From positions 18,983-82,982 of the forward strand of contig JAEUPL010000017.1 in the NCBI GenBank assembly GCA_016790165.1: 64,000 nucleotides of DNA, in the 5' to 3' direction. Under the pieces are notes generated by a model. That model saw only the letters and a list, made by a program, of their open reading frames with translations. It was not told where the DNA came from and ran no database searches. Position numbers and translations under genes: made by a program. The DNA is from Burkholderiales bacterium. Its GTDB lineage: Bacteria > Pseudomonadota > Gammaproteobacteria > Burkholderiales > Casimicrobiaceae. Below, one piece after another: positions 29,039-38,358 of this stretch (its first letter is position 1; the number at the start of each line of letters is the position of its first letter).

Positions 29039-29935
29039 ATGAAATTGAAACAGACTGGATGGCGCAAGATCGCCCTTGGCGCCGCCGCCGCGGGCTTGGG
29101 TCTTGCCGCTCTGGCGCACGCCGCCAACTACACCCTCTGGGTGAACGGCCGCACCGGCGGCGGTCAGCTCGGCAACTATGCGGACTTCACCTACTGGGGC
29201 CCAGCCGGTACCGCTGCGGGTGTCAACAAAAAGGCGGTCAACTGGGACGGCTACAACAGCATCTCCAACCAGAACTACCTCGTGCGCAACGCGCTCGATT
29301 GCTACTGCACCGGCAGCAACTGGTGCTACATCGGCGCGCATAGCGCGGGCAACCTGCAGGTTGGCTACACGCTGGCAATGTATGGTGGATCGGCGCGCAC
29401 AATCACGAATGCCTCTCCCAATGCATCGGGCGTATGCAGCGCATCAGGCGCCGGCACGCAGACCGGCTGGAACATCAAATGGGTCGATGTCGCGGGCGGC
29501 GCGGCGGGTGGCTCTGAACTCGCCAACGCGGGCAGCTGGGCGCTGAGCGAACCGCTGGTGAGCGACCTCAAGACCGCCACTGCGCGCGCGATGTATGACC
29601 ACAACCAGACGCGAGGCAAGATCTTCTACATGTTCGCCGGTGCCAGCGGCACGCTGTATTCCGCCGTGCTACCGGGTCAGGATGACGAAGCCATCGCTTA
29701 CCACTCAAGCGGCGGCGTTTCGGGTTCGTCCGGCGGCAGCTATTGCAATCCCTCGGACTGGTTCTGCAACGACTTGACGATGGGCACCGCCGCCAACGAG
29801 GGCGGGCGCGCCAAATGGACCAACCACAACGTGAAGTTCCGCGACGACAACGAGAGCTACAACCATTACACCAACGGGGGCTGGGGCGGCATCGTCTCGC
29901 GCGCGGTGGCTGACATGGTTGCGAATGCCCAGTAG
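29039..29935 (+). CDS. secreted alpha/beta-hydrolase-like (lipase class-2-like) protein, family unknown
   Basis: GGGAGGAG SD 6 nt before ATG 29039. Signal peptide ..LAALAHA|AN. WVNGRTGGG (oxyanion-loop-like), IGAHSAGN (A-H-S-x-G nucleophile elbow), GQDDEAI, several Cys pairs. Confidence 0.6.
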   Translation: MKLKQTGWRKIALGAAAAGLGLAALAHAANYTLWVNGRTGGGQLGNYADFTYWGPAGTAAGVNKKAVNWDGYNSISNQNYLVRNALDCYCTGSNWCYIGAHSAGNLQVGYTLAMYGGSARTITNASPNASGVCSASGAGTQTGWNIKWVDVAGGAAGGSELANAGSWALSEPLVSDLKTATARAMYDHNQTRGKIFYMFAGASGTLYSAVLPGQDDEAIAYHSSGGVSGSSGGSYCNPSDWFCNDLTMGTAANEGGRAKWTNHNVKFRDDNESYNHYTNGGWGGIVSRAVADMVANAQ

Positions 29936-31217
29936 GGACGGAGCCAACGCCCATCGCCGCCGCCCACGCTGGCTGATCGCCCTGCTGCTGCTCGCTGCAG
30001 CGGCCGGCATCGGTGGCGGTGTGTTGACGCTGAAGCGGCTTGCTTTCCCGACACCCCCGGCGTCGGCAATCGCCGCCCACCCGGGCGTGACCGCCTCGGC
30101 GATTGCGATGAGCGGTGCCCAGATACAGCCGCGCCACCCTGGCATGACCCCGCCCGGCCAGCCGCAGGACCCGCTGGCGCTGGCGGCCGCAAGCGGCGAC
30201 CCGAAGGCACAGGAGGCGCTTTGGGCACAGCGTCTGGCGCGCGCCACTGAGGTGCTTGAGCACTACCGCGAGCACACGAAGTATCCGTTCGACTCGCGTC
30301 CGGCACGCGAGCATGGCGATCAGATGTACCCCAACCAACCGGTGCGGGAGGAAGGTCGACTAGTCAACCCTGGCCAGAAGCCCGCACCTAACGTGCGCAT
30401 CATCGGGTCGCAGGAGCGTGTGTACGTCGCCGGTGGCGAAACGGTTCTATTCACCGTCACCGCCGTTGATGACACCGGCGCCCCGCTGCCACTGCAAGTG
30501 ACACGCGCGACCGCGCTCGACCCACCCAAAGACGGCAAACCGTCGCAGCGCAACAGCATCAACCTGCCCTTCAACGACGAGGGCAGCCGCGGCGACGTGG
30601 CCGCTGGCGACGGCATGTGGAGCGCACGGCTGGCACCAGCGACGCAAGGGTTCGCGGGACACTTCGGCGTGATTCGCGTGGAACTGCTGCTCAGGGTTGG
30701 CGAGCAAACGGGCTTCAAGTTCTTCGACGTGTTCTACACGCCTGAGCCCCCTGCGCTCTGGGTGGGTGGCGTGCGCGAGGCGGTCGAAGCGGGCTCGCTG
30801 AATTTCTATCTGCGCGCCGATGTCATACGGCCGGGGCGGTATGTGGTCACCGGTCGCATTGACGACGCGAAGGGCCAGCCTTTTGCGTTACTGAACTTCA
30901 ACAACGAATTGGCCAAGGGCACGCAGGACATCAAACTCAACCTGTTCGGCAAACTTCTGGTCGACGAAAAGCCAGCGTTTCCACTCACCTTGCGCGACGT
31001 CGACGGTTTTCTGCTGATCCCCGACGCCGACCCGGACCGCGCACTCATGGCACGGCGCGAAGGCAAATTGCACACCTCACGCAGCTATCCGCTCAGCGCT
31101 TTCTCCGAGGCGGAATGGGACAGCGAGGAACGCCGCCGCTACCTTGCAGAATACGGCCGCGACGTCGAATCAGCGCGGGCGCATCTGGAACACGTTCGGC
31201 GGACGATGAAACCGTGA
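29925..31217 (+). CDS. membrane-anchored protein with a Pro-rich linker and two predicted beta-sandwich regions, unknown family
   Basis: ATG 29925 (TTG 29919 also possible) overlaps the upstream stop by 11 nt. RRRPRWLIALLLLAAAAGIGGGVL anchor. NDEGSRGDVAAGDGMW motif typical of Ig-like extracytoplasmic domains. Confidence 0.6.
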   Translation: MPSRDGANAHRRRPRWLIALLLLAAAAGIGGGVLTLKRLAFPTPPASAIAAHPGVTASAIAMSGAQIQPRHPGMTPPGQPQDPLALAAASGDPKAQEALWAQRLARATEVLEHYREHTKYPFDSRPAREHGDQMYPNQPVREEGRLVNPGQKPAPNVRIIGSQERVYVAGGETVLFTVTAVDDTGAPLPLQVTRATALDPPKDGKPSQRNSINLPFNDEGSRGDVAAGDGMWSARLAPATQGFAGHFGVIRVELLLRVGEQTGFKFFDVFYTPEPPALWVGGVREAVEAGSLNFYLRADVIRPGRYVVTGRIDDAKGQPFALLNFNNELAKGTQDIKLNLFGKLLVDEKPAFPLTLRDVDGFLLIPDADPDRALMARREGKLHTSRSYPLSAFSEAEWDSEERRRYLAEYGRDVESARAHLEHVRRTMKP

Positions 31218-31335
31218 TCGTGTCGCTGCGTTCGTGCGGCGCGCAGCGGCGATGCAGCGAAGCAGAATCCAGACATTCGTTCATCCGGCAACGGTTCGTA
31301 TCAACTCGACTTCGCCACATCGTAGCGACAGCCGA

Positions 31336-31902
31336 CTACGGATTCGCATCCGGGCGCCGCAGCGTGAGCAGCAGTTTGCCGTTCACTACTTGCACATTGT
31401 GCAGCGCGAAACGCACGAAGTCCGCCTTGATGGACTTGCCGCGAATGGTGTAAATCGGCGTCGTCTGGAGTGCGCCGTGCAATAGTGCGGGGCCACGAAG
31501 TTTGACCATTGCTGCGACCTCCGATGACAGACCTTGCAACTGCAGATCGTCGATCCGCAGATCATCTACAAACACTTTCCCTTCACCAGGCACATAGCGC
31601 GGCTTCCCGGAGAACGCTGCGACGCCGGGATAGCGGCGATTGCCCAGACTGGCGAGGAGCTCGGAGCGAATGCCGATGCGGTCGCTCCCCTCCGCGAGAA
31701 GGACCTGGGCACTGTTCACCTCCAGACAAGCAACGACCAGTGCGCAGTGACGCAGCGGCAGCCGCGCCGACACGTGCGCCTGGATGTCGCTTTGGTCAAT
31801 GCTGACGCGGAACTCAGGCGAACTGCGCCAAACGAAAAACCCAACAGCCACCAGCACCACAATCACCGCCACGCCGTAGATACTGGCGCGTCGATTCAGC
31901 AT
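31336..31902 (-). CDS. DUF1439 (YceB)-like membrane-anchored protein
   Basis: ATG 31902. N-terminal TM. Overall pattern resembles the YceB/DUF1439 family (I.QS.IQ..V...LP.....; V.V.DL.I.DL.L). Weak call. Confidence 0.45.
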   Translation of the reverse strand: MLNRRASIYGVAVIVVLVAVGFFVWRSSPEFRVSIDQSDIQAHVSARLPLRHCALVVACLEVNSAQVLLAEGSDRIGIRSELLASLGNRRYPGVAAFSGKPRYVPGEGKVFVDDLRIDDLQLQGLSSEVAAMVKLRGPALLHGALQTTPIYTIRGKSIKADFVRFALHNVQVVNGKLLLTLRRPDANP

Positions 31903-31938
31903 ATGGACCTCACTGCAACGAATCGATGCAGCCGGCCA

Positions 31939-34900
31939 CTACGCTGCCCTGGCCGCGTTCGCGCTGGCAATCCCGATGACGATCTTCGCGGCATCAAAGT
32001 CTGCCTTGAGCTTGGCTTCCTTCGCCTTCGCGGCTTTGACGTGGCGCTCCTTTACGTGGCCGTAGCCGCGAATCTCTTCCGGGATCGACGCGAGCTGCAC
32101 CGCAAGGCCGTGATTGTGCGGCGCCAGTGTGGCGACTAACTCCTCGACCAGCCGTCGGTAGTCCACCTTCAGTTGCTGCTCCATCCGCCGCTCGTCGGTG
32201 TTTTTGAAGAGGTCGAACGCGCCACCGCGCAGGCCCTTGCGTGACGCGAGGAAGCGGAACGCCTTCATCATCCACGGGCCGTACTGGCGCTTCTTCAGTT
32301 CGCCGGTGACCGGATCCTTCTTGGCGAACAGCGGCGGCGCGAGGTGGAAGTTCAGCGTGTAGTCGCCTTCGAATTCGCGGGCGACGCGGGCTTCAAAGTC
32401 GCCGTTGCCGTGCAGGCGAGCCACCTCGTACTCGTCCTTCACCGCCAGCAGCTTGAAGTAGTAGCGCGCCACGGCTTCGGTCAGCACGGTCTTGCCGGGC
32501 AGCTTCGCATTCTCGGCTTGCCTGACGAAAGCGACGAAATCGCTGTAGGTCCTGGCATACGCGGCGTCCTGATAGTCGGTCAGGAATTTGCTGCGTCGTT
32601 CAATCATTTCGTCGAGCGATTCGCTGAGTTTGATGGTGGACGCGACGGCTACTTTAGGCGCCGCGATTTCCTCAACGCGCTTCTGGTCAACCGCCGCGCG
32701 GCGGCCCCACAAGAATGCATTCTTGTTCATCTCGACGGCAGCACCGTTGAGCTCGATGGCGCGCAGGAGGGTGGCCTCCAGCACCGGCACCAGGCCCTTT
32801 TGCCAAGCGTAGCCGAGCACGAAGAGATTGGTCGCAATCGAGTCGCCCATCAGGCGCGTGGCCAGTTTCGTGGCATCGAGGAAGGCCACCGCGTCGGCGC
32901 CGCACGCCTCGCTGATCTCGCGCTCCATGCTGCCGAGCGGGAACTTGAGATCGGCGTTCTTGGTGAACGTTGCCGGCATCACCACCGCCGAATTGATCAC
33001 CGCTCTGGTGACGCCAACCGCCATCTTGGCGAGCGAATCTTCGGCGGTGGTCGTCAGCACGTCGCAACCCAGCACGAGATCGGCTTCGCCTGCTGCAACG
33101 CGCGTTGCGTTGAGCATCGCCTGCGTCGGCGCGATGCGAACGTGGCTCATCACGCTGCCGTTCTTCTGCGCAAGGCCCGACATGTCGAGAATGGTGAGAC
33201 CCTTGCCTTCGAGGAAGGCCGCCATGCCGAGCACCTGCCCGACGGTGAGCACGCCCGTGCCGCCAATGCCGGTCACCAGCATGTTGAACGGCTTGGTCAA
33301 CTCCGGTACCACGGGTGCAGGCAAATCGCCGAAATCGGCAGCGGCGTCGGCACCCACTTTCTTCGGCTTCCTCAGCGCGCCGCCTTCGACAGTGACAAAG
33401 CTTGGGCAGAAGCCATTGACGCAGGAGAAATCCTTATTGCAGTTCGACTGATCAATGGTGCGCTTGCGGCCGAACTCGGTCTCGAGCGGCATCACGGAGA
33501 CGCAGTTCGATTTGACGCCGCAGTCGCCGCAGCCTTCGCATACGGCCTCATTGATGACCACGCGCTTCTGCGGATCCGGGAATTTGCCGATCTTGCGGCG
33601 GCGGCGTTTTTCAGCGGCACACGTTTGGTCATACACGATCACCGTGCAGCCCGGCGCGCCCCGGAATTCTTTCTGGACTTCGTCCAGTTTCTCGCGGTGG
33701 AACACGGGCACGTTCGACGGCAGCGCGACGCCCTCATACTTCTCGGGCTCATCCGTCACGACCGCAATCTTCTGCACGCCCTCGGCTCGAACCTGATTGA
33801 TGATCGACAGCGGCGACAGCGGGCCGTCGTGCGGCTGGCCGCCCGTCATCGCGACCGCATCGTTGTAGAGAATCTTGTAGGTGATGTTCACCTTCGCCGC
33901 GATGCTCTGGCGAATCGCCAGCAGGCCAGAGTGGTAGTAGGTGCCGTCACCGAGGTTGGCGAAGATGTGCTTCTCGTGGGTGAATGCCGCCTGACCGACC
34001 CAGGGGACGCCCTCGCCGCCCATTTGCGTGAAGGTGCTGGCGCGGTCCATCCATACGGCCATGTAGTGGCAGCCGATGCCCGCGACCGCGCGCGAGCCCT
34101 CCGGCACGCGGGTGCTCGTGTTGTGCGGACAGCCCGAGCAGAAGTATGGGGCGCGGGCAATCGGAATCTTGTTGCGCTCCAGCGCGCGCTCCTTTTCGTT
34201 GATCCATTCAACGCGCTGCTTGACCCGGTCACTCACGTAGAACTTGGCGATGCGGCCCGCGATCACCCGCGCGATCATGGCGGGCGTCAGCTCAAACGGC
34301 GCCGGCAGCAACCAGTCGCCATGCGGGCGCACCCACTCGCCCTTGGCGTCGAACTTGCCAACGACCTGTGGACGCACGTCCTCCTTCCAGTTGTAGAGCT
34401 GCTCCTTCAACTGGTACTCAAGCACCTGACGCTTTTCCTCGACGACGAGGATCTCTTCCAGGCCCGAAGCGAACTCGTGCACGCCCTCCGGCTCCAGCGG
34501 CCACACCATGCCCACCTTGAACACGCGCAGGCCGATCGCACGGGCGAGTTCGTCGTCGATGCCCAAATCCTCCAGCGCCTGCCTCACGTCAAGATACGCC
34601 TTGCCTGCCGCCATGATGCCGAGCCGTGGCCGCGGCGAGTCGATCACGATGCGGTTCAGCTTGTTGACTCGCGCGTAGTGAATCGCCATGTAGATCTTGT
34701 AATCGTGCATGAGCTTTTCCTGCTCAAGTGGCGTGTGCGGCCAGCGGATGTTGACGCCGCCTTCGGGCAACGGAAAGTCATCGGGAATGATTGGCTTCAC
34801 ACGCTCGGGATCCACGATCACGCTGGCGGTGGACTCGACGGTGTCGGTCACCGCTTTCATGCCGACGTAGCAGCCAGAGTAGCGACTCATCGCGTAACCA

Positions 34901-35502
34901 TGTACGCCGAGATCCAGGTATTCCTGCACGCCGGCGGGATAGAGCACCGGTACCACAGCGCTGATGAATTCGTGATCGGACTGATGCGGCAGGGTAGAGG
35001 ACTTCGCGCCGTGGTCATCCCCCGCGATCAGCAGCACACCACCGTGCTTGCTGGTGCCGGCGTGATTGGCGTGCTTGAACACGTCACCGCAACGGTCAAC
35101 GCCAGGGCCCTTGCCGTACCACATGGCGAACACGCCGTCGTACTTGGCACCGGGGTAGAGATTGGTCTGCTGCGTACCCCACACGGCCGTGGCCGCCAGT
35201 TCCTCGTTGACGCCGGGCACAAACTGGATGTGCGACTTCTCGAGGTGCTTTCTGGCCTTCCAGGCGTTTTGGTCGATCGCGCCCAGCGGCGATCCACGAT
35301 AGCCCGAAATGAAACCGCCGGTGTTGAGCCCCGCTTTCTCATCGATCTGCCGCTGCAGCATCATCAGCCGCAAGAGCGCGTGCGAGCCGTTCATGTAGAC
35401 GCGGCCCGACGGGAGTGTGAAACGATCGTCGAGTGCGACGTCCGAGATGGCCCGTTGCACGGCCTCCGGTAACGACTGGGTGGGAAGCGGGGCTTGTGAC
35501 AT
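31939..35502 (-). CDS. indolepyruvate ferredoxin oxidoreductase family protein (fused alpha/beta)
   Basis: ATG 35502 preceded by AAGGAG (track start 35511 is GTG). TPP-binding GDGTYYHSG, 4Fe-4S Cys clusters (CEGCGDC), about 1190 aa fused architecture. Confidence 0.9.
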   Translation of the reverse strand: MSQAPLPTQSLPEAVQRAISDVALDDRFTLPSGRVYMNGSHALLRLMMLQRQIDEKAGLNTGGFISGYRGSPLGAIDQNAWKARKHLEKSHIQFVPGVNEELAATAVWGTQQTNLYPGAKYDGVFAMWYGKGPGVDRCGDVFKHANHAGTSKHGGVLLIAGDDHGAKSSTLPHQSDHEFISAVVPVLYPAGVQEYLDLGVHGYAMSRYSGCYVGMKAVTDTVESTASVIVDPERVKPIIPDDFPLPEGGVNIRWPHTPLEQEKLMHDYKIYMAIHYARVNKLNRIVIDSPRPRLGIMAAGKAYLDVRQALEDLGIDDELARAIGLRVFKVGMVWPLEPEGVHEFASGLEEILVVEEKRQVLEYQLKEQLYNWKEDVRPQVVGKFDAKGEWVRPHGDWLLPAPFELTPAMIARVIAGRIAKFYVSDRVKQRVEWINEKERALERNKIPIARAPYFCSGCPHNTSTRVPEGSRAVAGIGCHYMAVWMDRASTFTQMGGEGVPWVGQAAFTHEKHIFANLGDGTYYHSGLLAIRQSIAAKVNITYKILYNDAVAMTGGQPHDGPLSPLSIINQVRAEGVQKIAVVTDEPEKYEGVALPSNVPVFHREKLDEVQKEFRGAPGCTVIVYDQTCAAEKRRRRKIGKFPDPQKRVVINEAVCEGCGDCGVKSNCVSVMPLETEFGRKRTIDQSNCNKDFSCVNGFCPSFVTVEGGALRKPKKVGADAAADFGDLPAPVVPELTKPFNMLVTGIGGTGVLTVGQVLGMAAFLEGKGLTILDMSGLAQKNGSVMSHVRIAPTQAMLNATRVAAGEADLVLGCDVLTTTAEDSLAKMAVGVTRAVINSAVVMPATFTKNADLKFPLGSMEREISEACGADAVAFLDATKLATRLMGDSIATNLFVLGYAWQKGLVPVLEATLLRAIELNGAAVEMNKNAFLWGRRAAVDQKRVEEIAAPKVAVASTIKLSESLDEMIERRSKFLTDYQDAAYARTYSDFVAFVRQAENAKLPGKTVLTEAVARYYFKLLAVKDEYEVARLHGNGDFEARVAREFEGDYTLNFHLAPPLFAKKDPVTGELKKRQYGPWMMKAFRFLASRKGLRGGAFDLFKNTDERRMEQQLKVDYRRLVEELVATLAPHNHGLAVQLASIPEEIRGYGHVKERHVKAAKAKEAKLKADFDAAKIVIGIASANAARAA

Positions 35503-35569
35503 CGGGGACACTCCTTGTTGGTTTGCAACGCGAGCGGGATCGCCGCTGCATGCTGGAAATCAGGCACTT

Positions 35570-35593
35570 AGGTCAATTTTGTTGACCTTTTTT
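35570..35593. promoter_or_regulatory. perfect 7-bp inverted repeat AGGTCAA-TTTTG-TTGACCT followed by a T6 tract, upstream of the IOR gene
   Basis: Stem 35570-35576 / 35582-35588, T run to 35593. Terminator-shaped on the + strand, but no + strand gene ends here. It sits 68-91 nt upstream of ATG 35502 on the - strand. Confidence 0.5.
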
Positions 35594-35657
35594 GCACTCC
35601 CCGAAATTTACCCGTTTCTGCGGCCGTTGTGCGCATCTCGACGCGGACCGGGGGATA

Positions 35658-35775
35658 CGGCTTCTGCGCGCGAAGCGCTTTCCGATCTGGGTTCTATGCC
35701 TATTTTTCTAATAGTCGACTTATTCAATTTTCGCGCTGTAACGACCATAGGACGGTCGATGGTTGCCAAAAGCTG
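35658..35775. repeat. 118-bp bipartite intergenic element, copy 3 (left end degenerate)
   Basis: Centre AGTCGACT 35713-35720, AAAAGCTG 35768-35775 (59-nt arm). The left terminus CGGCTTCTG (6/9) sits at the exact 59-nt position and is preceded by TA. Confidence 0.65.
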
Positions 35776-35836
35776 CTCCATGCCGCGACCATTGACTGCA
35801 TCCCCACGGCGTGCGCGCGAGCGATAGCATCACCGC

Positions 35837-36277
35837 ATGACTTCGCGAACCGAATTTTCGTTTTTTCACCCGTTGCGCGTCCGCTGGGCCGAAGTGGATT
35901 TGCAGCGCGTCGTGTTCAACGGCAACTACCTGCTCTATTTCGACGTCGCCTTTACCGAATACTGGCGCTACACCGGCTTGCCCGATCCGTTGGCGCAGCA
36001 GGCCGCCGGTACGGAACTGTTTGTGCGCAAGGCGCAGATCGAGTACCACGGCTCGGCGGGGTTCGACGACGAGCTGCAGATCGGCGTGCGCTGCGCCCGC
36101 CTGGGCCGCAGCAGCATGACCATGGCGATCGCGATCTTTCGCGCTGACGATCACCTGATCGACGGGGAGCTGACCTACGTGTACGCCGATGCCCACGAGA
36201 AAAAATCGGTGCCGATTCCGGACGCGTGGCGGCAACGCATAGCAACGCTTGAGCGGACGCCGCCCGACGGTTTGTAG
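35837..36277 (+). CDS. acyl-CoA thioesterase, 4HBT/YbgC-like hotdog fold
   Basis: V.W.E.D...V.FN.NY..YFD.A..EY pattern with catalytic Asp context. 146 aa. Confidence 0.8.
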   Translation: MTSRTEFSFFHPLRVRWAEVDLQRVVFNGNYLLYFDVAFTEYWRYTGLPDPLAQQAAGTELFVRKAQIEYHGSAGFDDELQIGVRCARLGRSSMTMAIAIFRADDHLIDGELTYVYADAHEKKSVPIPDAWRQRIATLERTPPDGL

Positions 36278-36280
36278 GCC

Positions 36281-37045
36281 TCACACCCCCGCCGTCATCC
36301 CGCCATCAACGTAGAGGATGTGCCCATTCACAAAGTCACTTGCCGGCGCGGCGAGGAAGATGATCGCCCCCTTGAGTTCGTCCACCTCGCCCCACCGGCC
36401 GGCCGGCGTGCGCTGCTTGAGCCACGCCGTGAACGCGGCGTCCTGCACGAGCGCCTGCGTGAGTTCGGTATCGAAGTACCCTGGGCCAAGACCATTGACC
36501 TGAATGCCATGTTTGGCGAGTTCAACGCACATGCCCTTGGTCATCATCTTCAGCGCGCCCTTTGACGCGGTGTACGGAACGATGTTGGCGCGACCGAGTT
36601 CGGCGTTGACCGAGCAGACGTTGACGATCTTGCCGCGACCGCGCGGGATCATGTGTCGCACCACCGCTTGACTCACGGCAAACGCACTGGTCAGATTGGT
36701 GCCGATCAGGCGCTCGAAGTCGGCGAGTGGAAAATCGGCAAACGCGTTGCGGATCTGGATGCCGGTGTTGTTGACCAGAACGTCGATCGGGCCGATGTCC
36801 TTCTCGATCGCCTCAACGTTGGCAAGCACTGCCGCAGTGTCGGTCACATCAAACGCGCGCACCGACGCGGCGAAGCCTTGCGCCAACACATGCTTCTGCG
36901 CTCGTTGGCACTTGGCGTCGTCACGACCGTTGATGATGACATGCGCCCCCGCGCTCGCCAGCGCTTCTGCCAGCGCGAAACCAATGCCTTGCGAGGAACC
37001 GGTGATGAGCGCGCGCCGCCCTGAGAGATCGAAAAGTGGATGCAT
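36281..37045 (-). CDS. idnO: SDR family gluconate 5-dehydrogenase / 5-keto-D-gluconate 5-reductase
   Basis: Internal ATG 37045. TGSSQGIG, NNTGI, YTASKGA..M. Near full-length by-eye alignment with E. coli IdnO (..TAWL..RTPA.RWG...EL.GA..FL...ASDFVNGH.L.VDGGM). Confidence 0.75.
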   Translation of the reverse strand: MHPLFDLSGRRALITGSSQGIGFALAEALASAGAHVIINGRDDAKCQRAQKHVLAQGFAASVRAFDVTDTAAVLANVEAIEKDIGPIDVLVNNTGIQIRNAFADFPLADFERLIGTNLTSAFAVSQAVVRHMIPRGRGKIVNVCSVNAELGRANIVPYTASKGALKMMTKGMCVELAKHGIQVNGLGPGYFDTELTQALVQDAAFTAWLKQRTPAGRWGEVDELKGAIIFLAAPASDFVNGHILYVDGGMTAGV

Positions 37046-37302
37046 GGCCTGACATTCAGCGAATTGACGACGTGGCCTGCTATCGTAGCGCCTACCGAAA
37101 CGCTGAATCAGTCTGCACGATACGCCGTGCGTGGGATCGGAATGCGCTGGGCGTCGAAAAGTTGGAGCCATCGCGGGGCGATGGCGAGACGTTGTTGGCT
37201 CACACTCGCCCAAGCCCATTGAAGCGACCTGCGCGTGAGACGGGTTCAGCGTTTCGTTCGGTCTGACGCGCCGCATCACGCCAACGCGCAGGCCACGGAG
37301 AA

Positions 37303-38346
37303 ATGGCGATGTTGATGGCAATGCTCTACGGCGCAAAGGACCTGCGCCTTGAACGCGGCGACGAGCCGGCAGTGGCTGACGGCCAGGTGAAGGTGCGCTT
37401 TGGTGCCGGTGGCATTTGCGGCAGCGATCTGTCGTACTACGGCAAAGGCCGCGTCGGCGATTTCGCGGTGCTGCAACCGCTCTGTCTCGGTCACGAGGTG
37501 TCTGGTGAGGTGGTGGAGGTCGGCGCCGGTGTCACGCGGGTTAAAAAAGGCGACCGTGTGGCGATCAACCCCAATCAACCCTGCCGCGTGTGCCGCACCT
37601 GCGTGGCAGGCAAGGGGCATTTGTGCCTCAAGATGAATTTTTATGGCAGTGCGGCGGTGTTTCCGCACATCCAGGGCGTCTTCCGCGAAATCATCGTCGC
37701 GAGCGAGGCGCAGTGCTTTCCGGTGCCGCAAAGCTGTGACTTTCGCATCGCCGCGATGGCCGAGCCACTGGCCGTCGCGCTGCACGCGGTGCGACGCGCG
37801 GGTTCGCTGGTCGGCAAGTCGGTGCTGGTCACCGGCGTGGGACCGATTGGCAGCCTCTGCGTGCTTGCCGCGCGGCGCGCCGGGGCCGCGCGCGTCGTGG
37901 TTACCGACGTGGCGGATGCTGCGCTGAAACGCGCCGAGGCGCTGGGCATTGACGACGCAGTGAACGCGATCAGTGCGCCCGAGCGCGTCGAGGCGTGGTA
38001 CGTCAACAAGGGCACGTTCGATGTCAGCTTCGAATGCTCTGGCAACGCCGCGGCAATGAACACCGCGATCCAGGCAACCGCCTCCGGTGGCTGTGTCGTT
38101 CAGGTCGGCATGATCGCAGGGCCAACGGCGGACATCCCGGTCAACCGCTTTGTCTCACGCGAAGTCGATCTGCTCGGTGCGTTCCGCTTCGACAGCGAAT
38201 ACGGCGCGGCCGTGCACGAGTTGGCCACGGGCGGCATCGACGTGTCGCCGCTACTGACCCATAGCTTCAAGATGACGGCGGCGAATGATGCCTTCGCCGT
38301 CGCTGCGGATCGTTCGCAGAGCATGAAGGTGCATTTGACGTTCTGA
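37303..38346 (+). CDS. idnD: zinc-dependent L-idonate 5-dehydrogenase-like MDR dehydrogenase
   Basis: GGICGSDL.YY..G.VG.F....P..LGHEV.G, AINP..PC..C..C, GVGPIG, VQVGM. Aligns by eye with E. coli IdnD over its full length. Confidence 0.7.
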   Translation: MAMLMAMLYGAKDLRLERGDEPAVADGQVKVRFGAGGICGSDLSYYGKGRVGDFAVLQPLCLGHEVSGEVVEVGAGVTRVKKGDRVAINPNQPCRVCRTCVAGKGHLCLKMNFYGSAAVFPHIQGVFREIIVASEAQCFPVPQSCDFRIAAMAEPLAVALHAVRRAGSLVGKSVLVTGVGPIGSLCVLAARRAGAARVVVTDVADAALKRAEALGIDDAVNAISAPERVEAWYVNKGTFDVSFECSGNAAAMNTAIQATASGGCVVQVGMIAGPTADIPVNRFVSREVDLLGAFRFDSEYGAAVHELATGGIDVSPLLTHSFKMTAANDAFAVAADRSQSMKVHLTF

Positions 38347-38358
38347 ACCCTCGCGTCC

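Noticed and set aside
31249-31366. Possible sixth, highly degenerate copy of the 118-bp element centred on AACTCGACTT (31303-31312)
   Set aside because: Only the centre resembles the family. The positions where the end anchors should be give 4/9 and about 4/8 matches, and the right arm would lie inside the DUF1439-like coding region. This is not distinguishable from chance.
32344-35472. 1042-aa ORF on the plus strand
   Set aside because: It is entirely antisense to the well-supported indolepyruvate ferredoxin oxidoreductase gene. The product is Arg/His/Ala-rich low-complexity sequence with no motifs. This is the typical shadow ORF of high-GC DNA.
35760-35776. Possible sigma54 promoter (TGGTTGCCAAAAGCTGC) inside the repeat arms
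   Set aside because: The GG-to-GC spacing is one nt shorter than in TGGCAC-N5-TTGC. Other copies lack the GG. No sigma54 activator gene is adjacent.
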